The notes: a model not told the origin generated them from the letters alone. A DNA stretch of 64,000 bases from a bacterium (GCA_041946805.1 JBHGBC010000011.1:4151-68150), one strand, 5' to 3'; positions 49,091 to 59,391 are shown, numbered from the stretch's first letter. Numbers and translations: made by a program.

Positions 49091-52000
49091 ATGATCGTAT
49101 TCCATGCTGGAATACTCGATAATCAATTCCTGTTATGGGGAGAGGCAAGCAAGACGGAAGCCGCGGCTCCCAAGCGCCGGGACCGTATGCCGAGAAAGGC
49201 CGGACAGACGCCCTATCCTTATGATGCGGGCCTGGAAGCGTTAACGTGGACGTTCCAATCCATCGGCGGGTTCGCGCCCGCGGTACGCCCGCCGGACCGG
49301 ACGGTATTCGCCTGGCTGCCTGCCAACGGCATGAATCCGGTTCCTTCCAGCCCGGTCATCGACGAGGAGTTTTCAGCCAAAGGAAAGCCCCAGCTCGCTC
49401 CCTGGCCGGTTTCCGCGGCCAGGGCGCCGGCAAATGAGATCCTCCCTTTTCTATGCCAATGCCAGGGCAAGGACCTGCTCGCGCCCGGCGTGTTGATCGG
49501 CAAAGACTTGGCCTACTGGGCCGGGTTGTCGCGTTACGCCGGCAGCTTGGCCGCCCGGCAGAAGTTTTTGCCTTCCTTGGAACGGGAGGGAAACGCCTAT
49601 TACGCCCGCTGGCGCGCGGTGATCGAAGCCGGCGATCTGTCCACGCGGGATCAGTGGATCAAAGCCATGCCGGCCGCTTGCCGCGCGCTGGCGTGGGACT
49701 CGGAGACCGAACCGCAAACCGCCCCGGCCTTCTTGGTTCCATTGTTTCTCAATTTCGTGGTGGACCAACTCGTCCGGAACGCCGGCGCTCGGCCTCCCGT
49801 ATCTCCGCCCCCCCGCGGGAAGCACAAGATTCCCGTTTTCGACAGCCTCCACGATCAATGGCTCCACGCCCTGCGCGGCCCCGATGGAAAGATGGACGGA
49901 GATGCCAGCGAATTGGAGCGCCTGGCCGCCCAGATCCGCGAATGGCGGCGGCCCATTGCCTTGATGACCCAAACCCCGTTCCGGCTGGCGTTCCGGTTGG
50001 AAGAGCCCGAGGATATTCCGGACGAAACCGTGTCTTCCCGGCGCCGGAAAAAGCCCAAGCCGGACACCTGGGAAGTCCGGTATTTATTGCAGGACGTGCA
50101 AGATCCCAGCCTGCTTATCCCGTTGGACCAAGTCTGGACTGCGAAGGGCAAAATGGCGGAACGGCTCAAGCGGACGGGTTTCCACATTCACGAGTATTTG
50201 CTCTCCGCGATGGGGCAAGCTTCGAACATCGATCCCCACATCGAAGCTAGTTTGAAACAGCCGAATCCCAGCGGACACGAGTTGGACACTCCCGGCGCGT
50301 ATGCGTTTCTCACCGAGAAGGCCGCCATCCTCGAGCAGATGAATTTCACCGTACTCCTGCCGGCCTGGTGGACACGCAAGGGAACCAAACTGCGCCTCTC
50401 CGCGCGCGCCCACGTAAAAAGCCCGCCCATGCAAGGCGGCAGCGGAGTCTCGCTGGACGAACTGGTCCAGTTCGAGTGGCGCCTGGCGTTGGGCGGCGAG
50501 GAAATCTCCTACGAGGAACTGCTCGAGCTGGCCAAGTTCAAATCGCCTCTGGTGCGCCGACGGGGACATTGGGTGCAGCTCAGCGCCGAAGAGATCCAGG
50601 AAGCTATCGCGTTCTGGCAGTCCAAAGCTCCCGGGCAAGGCACGGCGCGGGGCGCCTTGCAATGGGCCTTGGGGAATACCGGTCCCGGCCCGTCCCTGGA
50701 CATCAGCGGCATTACGGCGGACGGGTGGTTCAACGGCCTGCTGGAAGGACTGAGCGGCCGGCAAACCTTCGAGGAGCTCGATCCGCATCCCTCGTTCACG
50801 GGCACGCTGCGGCCGTATCAGGCGCGGGGATATTCCTGGATGAATTTCCTCCAGCAGTGGGGATTGGGCGCGTGCCTGGCCGATGACATGGGCCTTGGGA
50901 AAACGGTCCAAACACTGGCCTGGATGCAACGCGCCTGGCACGAGAACGGCGGGCGTCCCTTTTTGCTGATCTGCCCCACCTCGGTGGTCGGCAACTGGCA
51001 GAAGGAGGCGGAACGGTTCACGCCCGATCTGCCGGTCATGATCCACCACGGAACCACGCGCCGGAAAGGGGCGGCGTTCGCGAAGACCGCGAAAAGACAC
51101 GCGATCGTGGTTTCCAGTTACGCCCTGCTGCACCGCGATTTCCATCTCTTCGAAACCCTCACCTGGGCGGGCGTGATTCTCGACGAGGCGCAGAACATCA
51201 AGAATCCCGAAACGAAGCAATCCAAGGCGGCGCGGGCGTTGAAAACGGACGGCCGCATCGCGCTGACGGGCACGCCGGTCGAGAACAACGTCGGCGATCT
51301 GTGGTCCATCATGGAGTTTTTGAATCCCGGCCTGCTGGGCACGCGGAATCAGTTCCGGGAACGGTTTTTCATTCCCATCCAGGCCACGCGCGACGAGTCG
51401 GCCATCCAACGCTTGAAACGGATCACCGGCCCCTTCATTCTGCGGCGCGAAAAGACGGACAAGTCCATCATCTCCGACCTGCCGGACAAGCTGGAGATGA
51501 AGGTCTTCTGCAACCTGACCCGGGAACAGGCAACCCTCTACACGGCGGTGGTGAACGAGGCCTCCCGGGACCTGGAGGAAGCCGAAGGCATCCAACGCCG
51601 GGGCGTGGTGCTGGCGGCGCTTTCCAAACTCAAACAGGTCTGCAACCATCCCGCCCAGTTTTTGGGGGACCGCTCATCCATCCCCGGCCGCTCGGGCAAA
51701 CTGGCCCGCCTCACCGAAATGTTCGAGGAACTGCTGTCCGTGGGGGACAGGGCGCTGATCTTCACGCAATTCGCGGAGATGGGCGCGATTCTGCAAGGCT
51801 GCCTGCGGGAACAGTTCGGCCGGGAAGTGCTGTTCCTGCACGGCGCCACCGCCAAGAGCAAACGCGACCAGATGGTGGAGCGGTTCCAGCGGGAGGACGG
51901 CCCCAGTGTGTTCATCTTATCTCTGAAGGCCGGCGGGACCGGCTTGAACCTCACCCGCGCCAATCACGTATTTCATTTCGACCGGTGGTGGAATCCCGCG

Positions 52001-52231
52001 GTGGAAAACCAGGCGACGGACCGCGCCTTCCGCATCGGGCAGACCCGCAACGTCCAGGTGCATAAATTTCTTTGCGTGGGTACCCTCGAGGAAAAGATCG
52101 ACGCGATGATCGAACGCAAAAAGGAGGTCGCCGCCGGCGTGGTCGGCAGCGGCGAAGCCTGGCTGACGGAACTCTCCACCGAGGAATTGAAACAACTTTT
52201 CGCCCTGAGCCAGGACGCCGTGGGGGAATAA
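49091..52231 (+). CDS. SNF2-family helicase/ATPase with DUF3670-like N-terminal region
   Basis: LRPYQ.RG, LADDMGLGKT, DEAQNIKN, TGTPVEN, LSLKAGGTGLNLT.AN and WWNPAVE.QATDRAFRIGQ. Confidence 0.95.
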   Translation: MIVFHAGILDNQFLLWGEASKTEAAAPKRRDRMPRKAGQTPYPYDAGLEALTWTFQSIGGFAPAVRPPDRTVFAWLPANGMNPVPSSPVIDEEFSAKGKPQLAPWPVSAARAPANEILPFLCQCQGKDLLAPGVLIGKDLAYWAGLSRYAGSLAARQKFLPSLEREGNAYYARWRAVIEAGDLSTRDQWIKAMPAACRALAWDSETEPQTAPAFLVPLFLNFVVDQLVRNAGARPPVSPPPRGKHKIPVFDSLHDQWLHALRGPDGKMDGDASELERLAAQIREWRRPIALMTQTPFRLAFRLEEPEDIPDETVSSRRRKKPKPDTWEVRYLLQDVQDPSLLIPLDQVWTAKGKMAERLKRTGFHIHEYLLSAMGQASNIDPHIEASLKQPNPSGHELDTPGAYAFLTEKAAILEQMNFTVLLPAWWTRKGTKLRLSARAHVKSPPMQGGSGVSLDELVQFEWRLALGGEEISYEELLELAKFKSPLVRRRGHWVQLSAEEIQEAIAFWQSKAPGQGTARGALQWALGNTGPGPSLDISGITADGWFNGLLEGLSGRQTFEELDPHPSFTGTLRPYQARGYSWMNFLQQWGLGACLADDMGLGKTVQTLAWMQRAWHENGGRPFLLICPTSVVGNWQKEAERFTPDLPVMIHHGTTRRKGAAFAKTAKRHAIVVSSYALLHRDFHLFETLTWAGVILDEAQNIKNPETKQSKAARALKTDGRIALTGTPVENNVGDLWSIMEFLNPGLLGTRNQFRERFFIPIQATRDESAIQRLKRITGPFILRREKTDKSIISDLPDKLEMKVFCNLTREQATLYTAVVNEASRDLEEAEGIQRRGVVLAALSKLKQVCNHPAQFLGDRSSIPGRSGKLARLTEMFEELLSVGDRALIFTQFAEMGAILQGCLREQFGREVLFLHGATAKSKRDQMVERFQREDGPSVFILSLKAGGTGLNLTRANHVFHFDRWWNPAVENQATDRAFRIGQTRNVQVHKFLCVGTLEEKIDAMIERKKEVAAGVVGSGEAWLTELSTEELKQLFALSQDAVGE

Positions 52232-52237
52232 GAGAAG

Positions 52238-52340
52238 AGGGGATCGGTTTTTGTCTGAATCCAGATGGTCAGGATGAACAGGATGAACAGGATGAACAAG
52301 ATAATGATGGGTTACGCGGTGTCGCGCCAACCCATCCTAC
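52238..52340 (-). repeat. GTAG REP plus 9-nt array (CAGGATGAA)n
   Basis: Inverted copy of 40329-40420. Confidence 0.8.
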
Positions 52341-52605
52341 AACTACTAATCACTGCCTCGGATAGAAATCGCGCATATCCTCCCCACGAAGACATGGTTC
52401 AAGGCCATCGGCCCTTGTTTGACTATTAGGGACGCCTTGGCGGACATCCGGATCGGATTTCGGTCTTTTCCCCTTGCGAATCGGGATCCGCAGGTTGGAT
52501 AAATCAATAATAGGATAGATTGATCCATTCAATTTCCATATAATGGGATTCATTCAAAACGGGACCGTCCGGTTCCCGCATTTTCGTCATGGGGAGGTTA
52601 TTGCG

Positions 52606-53496
52606 ATGATTTCAAGCTGGAAGGAAGCGGTTTTGGTGGCGGTTGGCCTGATGTGGTTGGGCGTTTCCGCCGAGGCGGGCAAAGTGGAATGGGACTTCTC
52701 CGCCGCGACTTTGACCAATGGCGGACCTCCGGTGATACCCAGCACCTGTACACTGGGTGGAACGGTGGAGGATTGGACGTTCGACGGGAATCCGCTCAAC
52801 TACGACCCCAGCGTCTCCGGGGCGGCGGATCTCAGCCAGGGCTATCTGCATTTTCTGGATGACGCCACGATTAGTGGAAACGTGAGTTTGCTCACCTCGG
52901 ACCATTTCGAGACACGCAACCTGTACGCCCTGTCCGGGCCGGGCGACCAGCTGTGGCTGGTGTGCGATCACCAGATGATCAAGTACGGCCATCGCGCCAA
53001 CCTGCAGCCGGGCACGGTGGACGCAACCCGCGGCCAGATCTTTTGGGTTTCGTTTTTGACGTCTAACGGGACCGGGCTGGGGATCCAATACGTGGCGGGG
53101 AATTACAATACCGAGGACTATATGTTCTTTACCGCCATCGGCAACAGCGATGAAACCCAGGATGTGTACCAAAACGAAAACCGGCTGATCGAAGAAACTG
53201 GGGATCAACCCAATCTCGACCGCCGGACCGTGTATATCCGCGTCACCGAAAATGATGACAGCGCGACCGTCACGGTGGACGTGAAGTACGACAAGGGAAC
53301 CTACCGGACGATCGACGCCGCCTACGCCGGGGCGATCACCGATTACCCGGCGGGTAACGAGGCGGGCTGCGAGAATTACCTGGCGGTCATCGGGAACAAC
53401 TCGGGCAGCGGCGCGATCGAGTTTAACCTGTACAAACTGACCATCTCCGACGTGGATCCGGAGGGGACCCCGGTGGCGGAGTGGTCCTTGTATTGA
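52606..53496 (+). CDS. Secreted acidic beta-sandwich protein with C-terminal V-A-E-W motif
   Basis: ATG after GGGGAGG; signal peptide ending AEA. Ends SDVDPEGTPVAEWSLY. Confidence 0.75.
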   Translation: MISSWKEAVLVAVGLMWLGVSAEAGKVEWDFSAATLTNGGPPVIPSTCTLGGTVEDWTFDGNPLNYDPSVSGAADLSQGYLHFLDDATISGNVSLLTSDHFETRNLYALSGPGDQLWLVCDHQMIKYGHRANLQPGTVDATRGQIFWVSFLTSNGTGLGIQYVAGNYNTEDYMFFTAIGNSDETQDVYQNENRLIEETGDQPNLDRRTVYIRVTENDDSATVTVDVKYDKGTYRTIDAAYAGAITDYPAGNEAGCENYLAVIGNNSGSGAIEFNLYKLTISDVDPEGTPVAEWSLY

Positions 53497-53533
53497 GCGG
53501 CGGCCGATGGGCATGAACCCGGTCACGAATTTC

Positions 53534-53572
53534 TCCGCCCCGTGGATCCCTCGATCCGCGGGGCGGATTTTT
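53534..53572 (+). terminator. Intrinsic terminator
   Basis: TCCGCCCCGTGGATC/GATCCGCGGGGCGGA hairpin plus T5. Confidence 0.75.
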
Positions 53573-54070
53573 GGGAAGCGGTCCGGATACCGCCTACGGG
53601 CTATCGGGATTTCGGAACGGATGACTTACTGAGACGCAGTACTATTTTTCAAACGCCATCGGCGCGGCATGCGCATGGCCCAGGGCGTGAGCCCTGGGAT
53701 TGGAAATACAGAAGTCCATAATCCTCTCCCTCTGGATTGATCTTAACTCACAAGGCTTGGATGGACGTCCTCCCCGCGCAAGCGGGAATCCAGTTCCTTG
53801 TGATGCAGGCATCTGGCCTGCCGCACCGGTGGATGGTACGAGGATTGGAAGACCGGGAGGTTCCAGATCCTTGTGGTGCGGGTATCTGGCCTGCCGCCGA
53901 ACTTCAGGGTATTGAATTTGATTGCCTACGGCGGTTCTCCTTCCTCCCCCGCGGAGATGCCATATTTCCCTCCCCGCGTGAGACAACCAGTTTTCCACCG
54001 TGGGAGCCGCCCGCGGGATATGGTAGGATATTTCCGCCGTTTAACAAGCATTTTCATGAAGGATGGAAAG

Positions 54071-55348
54071 ATGAATCACCGGTTCTGTCAGTATGCGGGC
54101 GTCTTTTCAGCGATTTGGGGGCTTTTCGTTTTGCTATCGATTCCGGTTCGCGCTGGAGAACCGTCCCCCGTGTCCGATGGCATCCTCAACGTGCGGGATT
54201 TCGGGGCGAAGGGCGACGGGCAGGCCGACGACACCGCCGCGTTCGAGCAAGCCTTCGCCGCCGCGGAGAAGATGGGCGGGACCATCGTGTTCGTCCCCAC
54301 GGGCAATTACCTGATCCGAGGGACCTTGCAGGTCCCCGCCCATGTGGTGGTCAAGGGGGTGTTCGAGACCCCCACGACGAATACCCAGATGAAGGGCGCC
54401 ACTCTGCTGGCGGTGGCGGGCGAGGGCGATGCCGGAGGCGAACCGTTCATCACCTTGCGGACCAATTCCACATTGAAGGGCCTGACCGTCTTCTATCCCA
54501 ACCAGATCCAGGCCAATCCGCCCAAGCCGTATCCGTGGACCATCCGGGGACGGGGCGACAACTGCTCGATCGTGGACGTGCTCCTGGTGAATCCCTACCA
54601 GGCGGTGGATTTCGGCACGCATCCCGCCGGACGCCATTACATCAAGAACCTCTACGCCCAACCGTTGCTTAAGGGCATCTTCATCGACCAGTGCTACGAC
54701 GTGGGCCGCATCGAGGACGTGCATCTCTGGCCGTTCTGGGGCGGCTGGGAAGGCGATCTGGGAAAATTCACGCGCGAGAACGGGACCGCATTCACCATCG
54801 GCCGCACGGATTGGGAATACGTGCAGAACTGCTTCTGCATCGGCTTTTCCATCGGCTTTCATTTCATCCAGACCCAGGCGGGGTTGCCCAACGCGGTGTT
54901 GACGCAAAGCGGATCCGACATCGGCCCCACCGCCGTGCTGGTCGAGGATTGCCAAACCCACGCCGGGATCTCGTTCTCCAACAGCCAGTTCATGTCCACG
55001 GTGGTGGTCAAGGAAACCAACACCGGTCCCGTGAAGTTCACCAGTTGCGGTTTCTGGGGCATCGAGACCACCGACCATCACGCCGTGATCGAGGGGAAGG
55101 GCACGGTTTCGTTCACCGCCAGCCATTTCGTCAACTGGGGGCGGAAGAATCCGGAAGCGCCGGCGATTATCGCCCGGTCCGGGGGATTGATCGTCAACGG
55201 GTGCGAATTTCTCGATGACAAGCCCCAGATCCGGCTGGAGAAAAACGTGCGGTCCGCCGCCATCTTCGGCAACCGCCTGCGCGGCGGAGCCAAGATCGCG
55301 AATCAAAGCCAAGGCAGCGTGGAGATCGGCTTCAACACCGTGGAATGA
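54071..55348 (+). CDS. Secreted pectate-lyase-superfamily / GH28-related beta-helix protein
   Basis: Signal peptide; LNVRDFGAKGDGQADDTAAF..A..GG..V.VP.G.Y N-cap followed by beta-helix coils. Confidence 0.85.
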   Translation: MNHRFCQYAGVFSAIWGLFVLLSIPVRAGEPSPVSDGILNVRDFGAKGDGQADDTAAFEQAFAAAEKMGGTIVFVPTGNYLIRGTLQVPAHVVVKGVFETPTTNTQMKGATLLAVAGEGDAGGEPFITLRTNSTLKGLTVFYPNQIQANPPKPYPWTIRGRGDNCSIVDVLLVNPYQAVDFGTHPAGRHYIKNLYAQPLLKGIFIDQCYDVGRIEDVHLWPFWGGWEGDLGKFTRENGTAFTIGRTDWEYVQNCFCIGFSIGFHFIQTQAGLPNAVLTQSGSDIGPTAVLVEDCQTHAGISFSNSQFMSTVVVKETNTGPVKFTSCGFWGIETTDHHAVIEGKGTVSFTASHFVNWGRKNPEAPAIIARSGGLIVNGCEFLDDKPQIRLEKNVRSAAIFGNRLRGGAKIANQSQGSVEIGFNTVE

Positions 55349-55480
55349 CATTTTTCTTGGATGATTTCTTGGATGACGGATCGGATCGCAACGTGTAATC
55401 CTGCATCTATTTCGTAATAATAGCGCCGGGTGGATTAAGCCACGCAATCCCACCCGAATCAATATACGTGAGAAAATACC

Positions 55481-58400
55481 ATGACTACTTCCCAACCTGT
55501 TCGGATTCTGTATCTCTTATTGATTCTTTCCTCGCTGCCGCTGGTGACGGTTCCCGAAGCCCCGGCCGCCGGGACGCAGTATCTCGATCTGTCCGAATGC
55601 GGACGGCGGTATGCCTGGGCCGGGGCCGGCGCGCCCGAGGCGGTGGAAATCGGCGAGTGGGCCGCCATCCCCGCTTCCGCAAAATGCGTGGGAGTGGAGT
55701 GGGACGAGGAACGCGATATCCAACAGATCCAGGTGACCTATGGCGGAACCGGAGCGATTCCCGCCGTGAAGGTGCAATATTGGTTCCGCTACTGGCCTCT
55801 CTCGCCTCCAAGCATGCCCACCATCGAAGACCGCATGGACGACATCTGGCAGGGAAAATGGTTGGACGCGAAGACCATAACCGCCGTCGAGGACCGGACA
55901 GTTACTTTTACCTTCCCGCCGCTGGCGGGGGAGGAAAATCCCAACGCGGGCAACCTGCCGGGAGTGACATACCGCCGGGCGATGAAAATCCGCTTGGTGG
56001 CCGATGCCCCGCTGCCCCCCATTCAGACGCTCCGGGTGCATTCCGGCACGACGTTGAGCGAGTTGCACTTCCGGGTGGAATTCGGCTGCGGTCAGGAGGA
56101 ACCGGAGACCTGGAGCGGCCGCCTGGAGATCTATAACGGCGTGCTGCTATCCGCCCGGCCGTGGAACTTTGAGGATGGGGACCAGTTCCACCCTCCCTTC
56201 ACCTGGCGCGAGGTGATCCCGGCGAAACCCAAGGGCGTTTTGGTGGAAGCCCTGGCGGCCCGGCCCGCGCTGGCCGGGTCGAATGACCTCACCGTGGTGA
56301 CCGTGCGCGCCGAATCCCGCAAGGGCGGCCAGAGCACGCCCCGGACGTTTTCGTTTTCCACGCGGGACCTGGAGCAAGGTCCGATCTATGTTCCCGGTCA
56401 CCACGCCTACGTGACGCTCGCGGACGATCCTACATCCTTCGCGCCCGAAGCGTTCCCAAAAGGACTCAAGATCCGCGAACGGATCCCGAAGGAACCCGAA
56501 CAGACCTTCGAACGCGCCAGCCGCGAGATCCCGCCGCAGGATCCCTGGAACCGGCAGGGCGGGGACCGGGTGTATCTCCCCGTGGCCGCCGACGCCAGCT
56601 GGCAAAAATTCGCGGTGCAGTACGGTGGAAACTTCTTCATCAGCAAGCGCGGGACCAAGGCCAAGGGCAACGAGTTGAAACGCCTGCAGTGGCAAGGCGA
56701 CCGCATCGACTTCCTGATCGGCACGGGAGAGACGCCTTACTTCCGGGAGGACAAGCAAGCCGCCATGGCGGTGGACGAAGAACACCTGCCCATCATCCTC
56801 GCACGGTGGGAAAAGGACGGGCTGCGCTATGAGCAGGAGTCCTTCGCCACGCTGCTGGAAGGGCCGCTGGATCCGGAAGATCCCGGCCGGAACGAACAAA
56901 CCCCCGCCATCCTGATGTCGCGCCTCGTGATCACCAATTCCTCGGGCGAGGCGCGCTCCACCCGCGTGTGGCTGGCCATTCGCCCCGCCGAGGCGCTGGA
57001 CGTGAAGGGCGGCCGGGTTTTCGCCCTGGCCGGCGGGGACGGCCGTTACGATGCGCCCCGCTTCCGCGCCCGGGTGGTTTCCCCGGACAACCAGCCCGTC
57101 CAGCTGGGAGCTCTCCAGATGGCCGAGTCGAAGGACGCCGTGTTCACCGGCTTCACGGTGCCGGCCCATGAAACCAAATCCGTCCTGTTTATGATTCCCT
57201 TCGTCTCGGATATGAATGATGACCAAATCGGCCGGATGGAACGCCTCGATTACGGCCATGAGCGGCAACGGGCGGCGGACTACTGGCGGGTGATGATCGA
57301 ACGCACGACGCGGTTCACCACGCCGGAACCGGAGTTCAACCATCTCGCGCGCTTCGTCGTGCCGCACATTCACATCAGCGCCACCAAGGATCCCCAGAGC
57401 GGCCTCTACATGGTCCCCGCCGCCAGCTACAACTACCAGGTGTACGCCAACGAGACGTGCTTCCAAGTGCTGGCGCTCGACGCGCTGGGCGATACCGGCC
57501 GCGCCACGCAATATTTGAAGACGTTACTGGAACTCCAAGGAACCCGCCCATTCCCCGGCAATTACGCCGAGCCGCACGACGGTGTCTTCCACGGCGCGCG
57601 GGTGAACGCCGAGTACGACTACACCGCCAGCAACTACGGGCTGGACCACGGGACCGTGCTGTGGACGCTCGCTCAGCATTATCTCTACACCCGCGACACG
57701 GAATGGCTGAAACAAACCCTTCCGCACATGGAAAAAGCCGTGGAGTGGATCGAACGCCAGCGTTCCGCCACGCAGATGATGGACCGCCACGGCGAAAAGC
57801 GGCTCGAATACGGCCTGCTGCCCGCCGGCCACCTGGAAGACAACGACGACTGGGGCTACTGGTTTTCGGTCAATGCCTACTGCGCGGCGGGCCTGCGCGA
57901 CATGGCCCTGGCGCTGATAGACATCCGGCATCCCCGGGCCGCCGAATTGCGTGAGCAAGCCGATGCTTTCATGAACGATCTGCGGACCGCCATCCGGCGC
58001 ATGACCGAACTGGCGCCCGTCACCCGCATGCGCGACGGAACCTATTCACCCTACGTGCCCACCCGGCTCTACCAGCGCTTCCGCTGTTTTGGGCCGCTGC
58101 GGGTCGAGTATTTCAGCCGCTACAACCTTCCGGACGTGCGGCCCTGCTACCGCCTGTCCGCCACCCGCGAAGTGCTGTACGGCCCGATGATTCTGCTGAA
58201 CGTGGGCGTCTTCGACGTGAACGAATCCATCGCCGAGTGGATTCTGGACGATTGGGAAGACAACCTGACGCTCTCCAGCTCGGGCGGATTCAATGTGCAC
58301 GGCTTCACCGACGACCATTTCTGGTTCAGCCAGGGCGGGATGGTCTTTCAATCCAACCTGCAGAATCCCGTGCTGGTGTATTTGAAGCGCAACGAAACCC

Positions 58401-58900
58401 AGGCCGCCATCCGGGGGCTCTACAACAACTTCGTCTCGTGCCTGTATCCCGAAGTCAACACCCTCACCGAGGAGTACCGCATGTGGAGCCACGCCAGCGG
58501 GCCGTTCTACAAAAGCCCCGACGAGGCCCGCTTCGTGAACCGCCTGCGCGACGCCTTGGTTTTGGAATCCGGCAACGACCTGTGGCTCGCGTCCGGCGCG
58601 CCCCGCCGCTGGCTGCAAGCGCCGGAGGGCATTCAGGTGGAGTCGGTCAACACCTGGTTCGGCCCGGTGGGCTATACCCTGCGCGCGGGAACGGAAGAGC
58701 GTACGATTGTGGCGCGGGTGAATCCTCCCACCCGCAACGCGCCGGATAACTTGTGGCTGTATGTCCGGGTCCCGGAGGGGCGGATAATCACCGGGGTGCG
58801 GATCGGCGGCCGGCAATGGTCCGGATTCGATCCCGCGGCCGGACGGATCCGCCTGCCGGAATCCACGGAGCCGGTGGACGTGGTGGTGACGTATGAATGA
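55481..58900 (+). CDS. Large secreted six-hairpin glycosidase-like protein
   Basis: Signal peptide. C-terminal alpha/alpha barrel (Y.V.ANE, LD.LG...A..YL, HG..LW....HY..T.D..WL, GLLPAGHLED) and terminal beta domain (G.PRRWL...GI.V....T.FG.V). Confidence 0.75.
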   Translation: MTTSQPVRILYLLLILSSLPLVTVPEAPAAGTQYLDLSECGRRYAWAGAGAPEAVEIGEWAAIPASAKCVGVEWDEERDIQQIQVTYGGTGAIPAVKVQYWFRYWPLSPPSMPTIEDRMDDIWQGKWLDAKTITAVEDRTVTFTFPPLAGEENPNAGNLPGVTYRRAMKIRLVADAPLPPIQTLRVHSGTTLSELHFRVEFGCGQEEPETWSGRLEIYNGVLLSARPWNFEDGDQFHPPFTWREVIPAKPKGVLVEALAARPALAGSNDLTVVTVRAESRKGGQSTPRTFSFSTRDLEQGPIYVPGHHAYVTLADDPTSFAPEAFPKGLKIRERIPKEPEQTFERASREIPPQDPWNRQGGDRVYLPVAADASWQKFAVQYGGNFFISKRGTKAKGNELKRLQWQGDRIDFLIGTGETPYFREDKQAAMAVDEEHLPIILARWEKDGLRYEQESFATLLEGPLDPEDPGRNEQTPAILMSRLVITNSSGEARSTRVWLAIRPAEALDVKGGRVFALAGGDGRYDAPRFRARVVSPDNQPVQLGALQMAESKDAVFTGFTVPAHETKSVLFMIPFVSDMNDDQIGRMERLDYGHERQRAADYWRVMIERTTRFTTPEPEFNHLARFVVPHIHISATKDPQSGLYMVPAASYNYQVYANETCFQVLALDALGDTGRATQYLKTLLELQGTRPFPGNYAEPHDGVFHGARVNAEYDYTASNYGLDHGTVLWTLAQHYLYTRDTEWLKQTLPHMEKAVEWIERQRSATQMMDRHGEKRLEYGLLPAGHLEDNDDWGYWFSVNAYCAAGLRDMALALIDIRHPRAAELREQADAFMNDLRTAIRRMTELAPVTRMRDGTYSPYVPTRLYQRFRCFGPLRVEYFSRYNLPDVRPCYRLSATREVLYGPMILLNVGVFDVNESIAEWILDDWEDNLTLSSSGGFNVHGFTDDHFWFSQGGMVFQSNLQNPVLVYLKRNETQAAIRGLYNNFVSCLYPEVNTLTEEYRMWSHASGPFYKSPDEARFVNRLRDALVLESGNDLWLASGAPRRWLQAPEGIQVESVNTWFGPVGYTLRAGTEERTIVARVNPPTRNAPDNLWLYVRVPEGRIITGVRIGGRQWSGFDPAAGRIRLPESTEPVDVVVTYE

Positions 58901-58927
58901 CGGGACGAAAAGCCCGCGGATTCGCGC

Positions 58928-59155
58928 ATGGGAACGGTTCGTTTGATCCTCATGGGAAGCGCGTGCTTGGTTCTGACCGGCTGCGCGGGGACCGGGAAAG
59001 TTCCCGAGTGGGATGATTATCCCGACCGCCCCCAGTTCCGTTTCGCGGCGCGGGAGGAGTTGGATTATCCAGCGCGGATGGGGATTCTCGTTCCTTTTCT
59101 CGAGTTGGAGTCCGGGGGAACGGAGGGCGTTGATCCGAGGGACGCGCGGGGGTGA
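58928..59155 (+). CDS. Possible small lipoprotein or truncated remnant
   Basis: Hydrophobic N-terminus with lipobox LTGC, 27 nt downstream of the previous gene; ends just before a repeat cluster. Confidence 0.3.
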   Translation: MGTVRLILMGSACLVLTGCAGTGKVPEWDDYPDRPQFRFAAREELDYPARMGILVPFLELESGGTEGVDPRDARG

Positions 59156-59391
59156 ACGCGGAGGGGGTGGATGGGAAGCGAGTGGGGCGGAGCCAAGATC
59201 CGCCATTACAAAATTCCCTCACCCTGGCCCTCTCCCAGGGGGAGAGGGGAAAGAAAGAGATGCCGTCTCGGTAGCAGGGGCACGCGGCCACGTGCCCCTG
59301 CTGGCTTACGGGATGGGATGCCGGCGGGCGCCGGCGCCACAATGGGTTGGATGCAGGCAGGATGCCTGTAACACAATAGTATGGATCCCAT

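Noticed and set aside
51973-52365. Short ORFs with ILFILFIL / DEQDEQ / HPVHPV repeats
   Set aside because: They are translations of the 9-nt DNA repeat element.
53790-53897. Possible mini-CRISPR (two ~35-bp repeats with ~38-bp spacer)
   Set aside because: Only two imperfect units, related copies are dispersed as solo REPs, and there are no cas genes in the window.
55353-55376. Direct repeat TTTCTTGGATGA x2 after the beta-helix gene
   Set aside because: An isolated short duplication with no supporting context.
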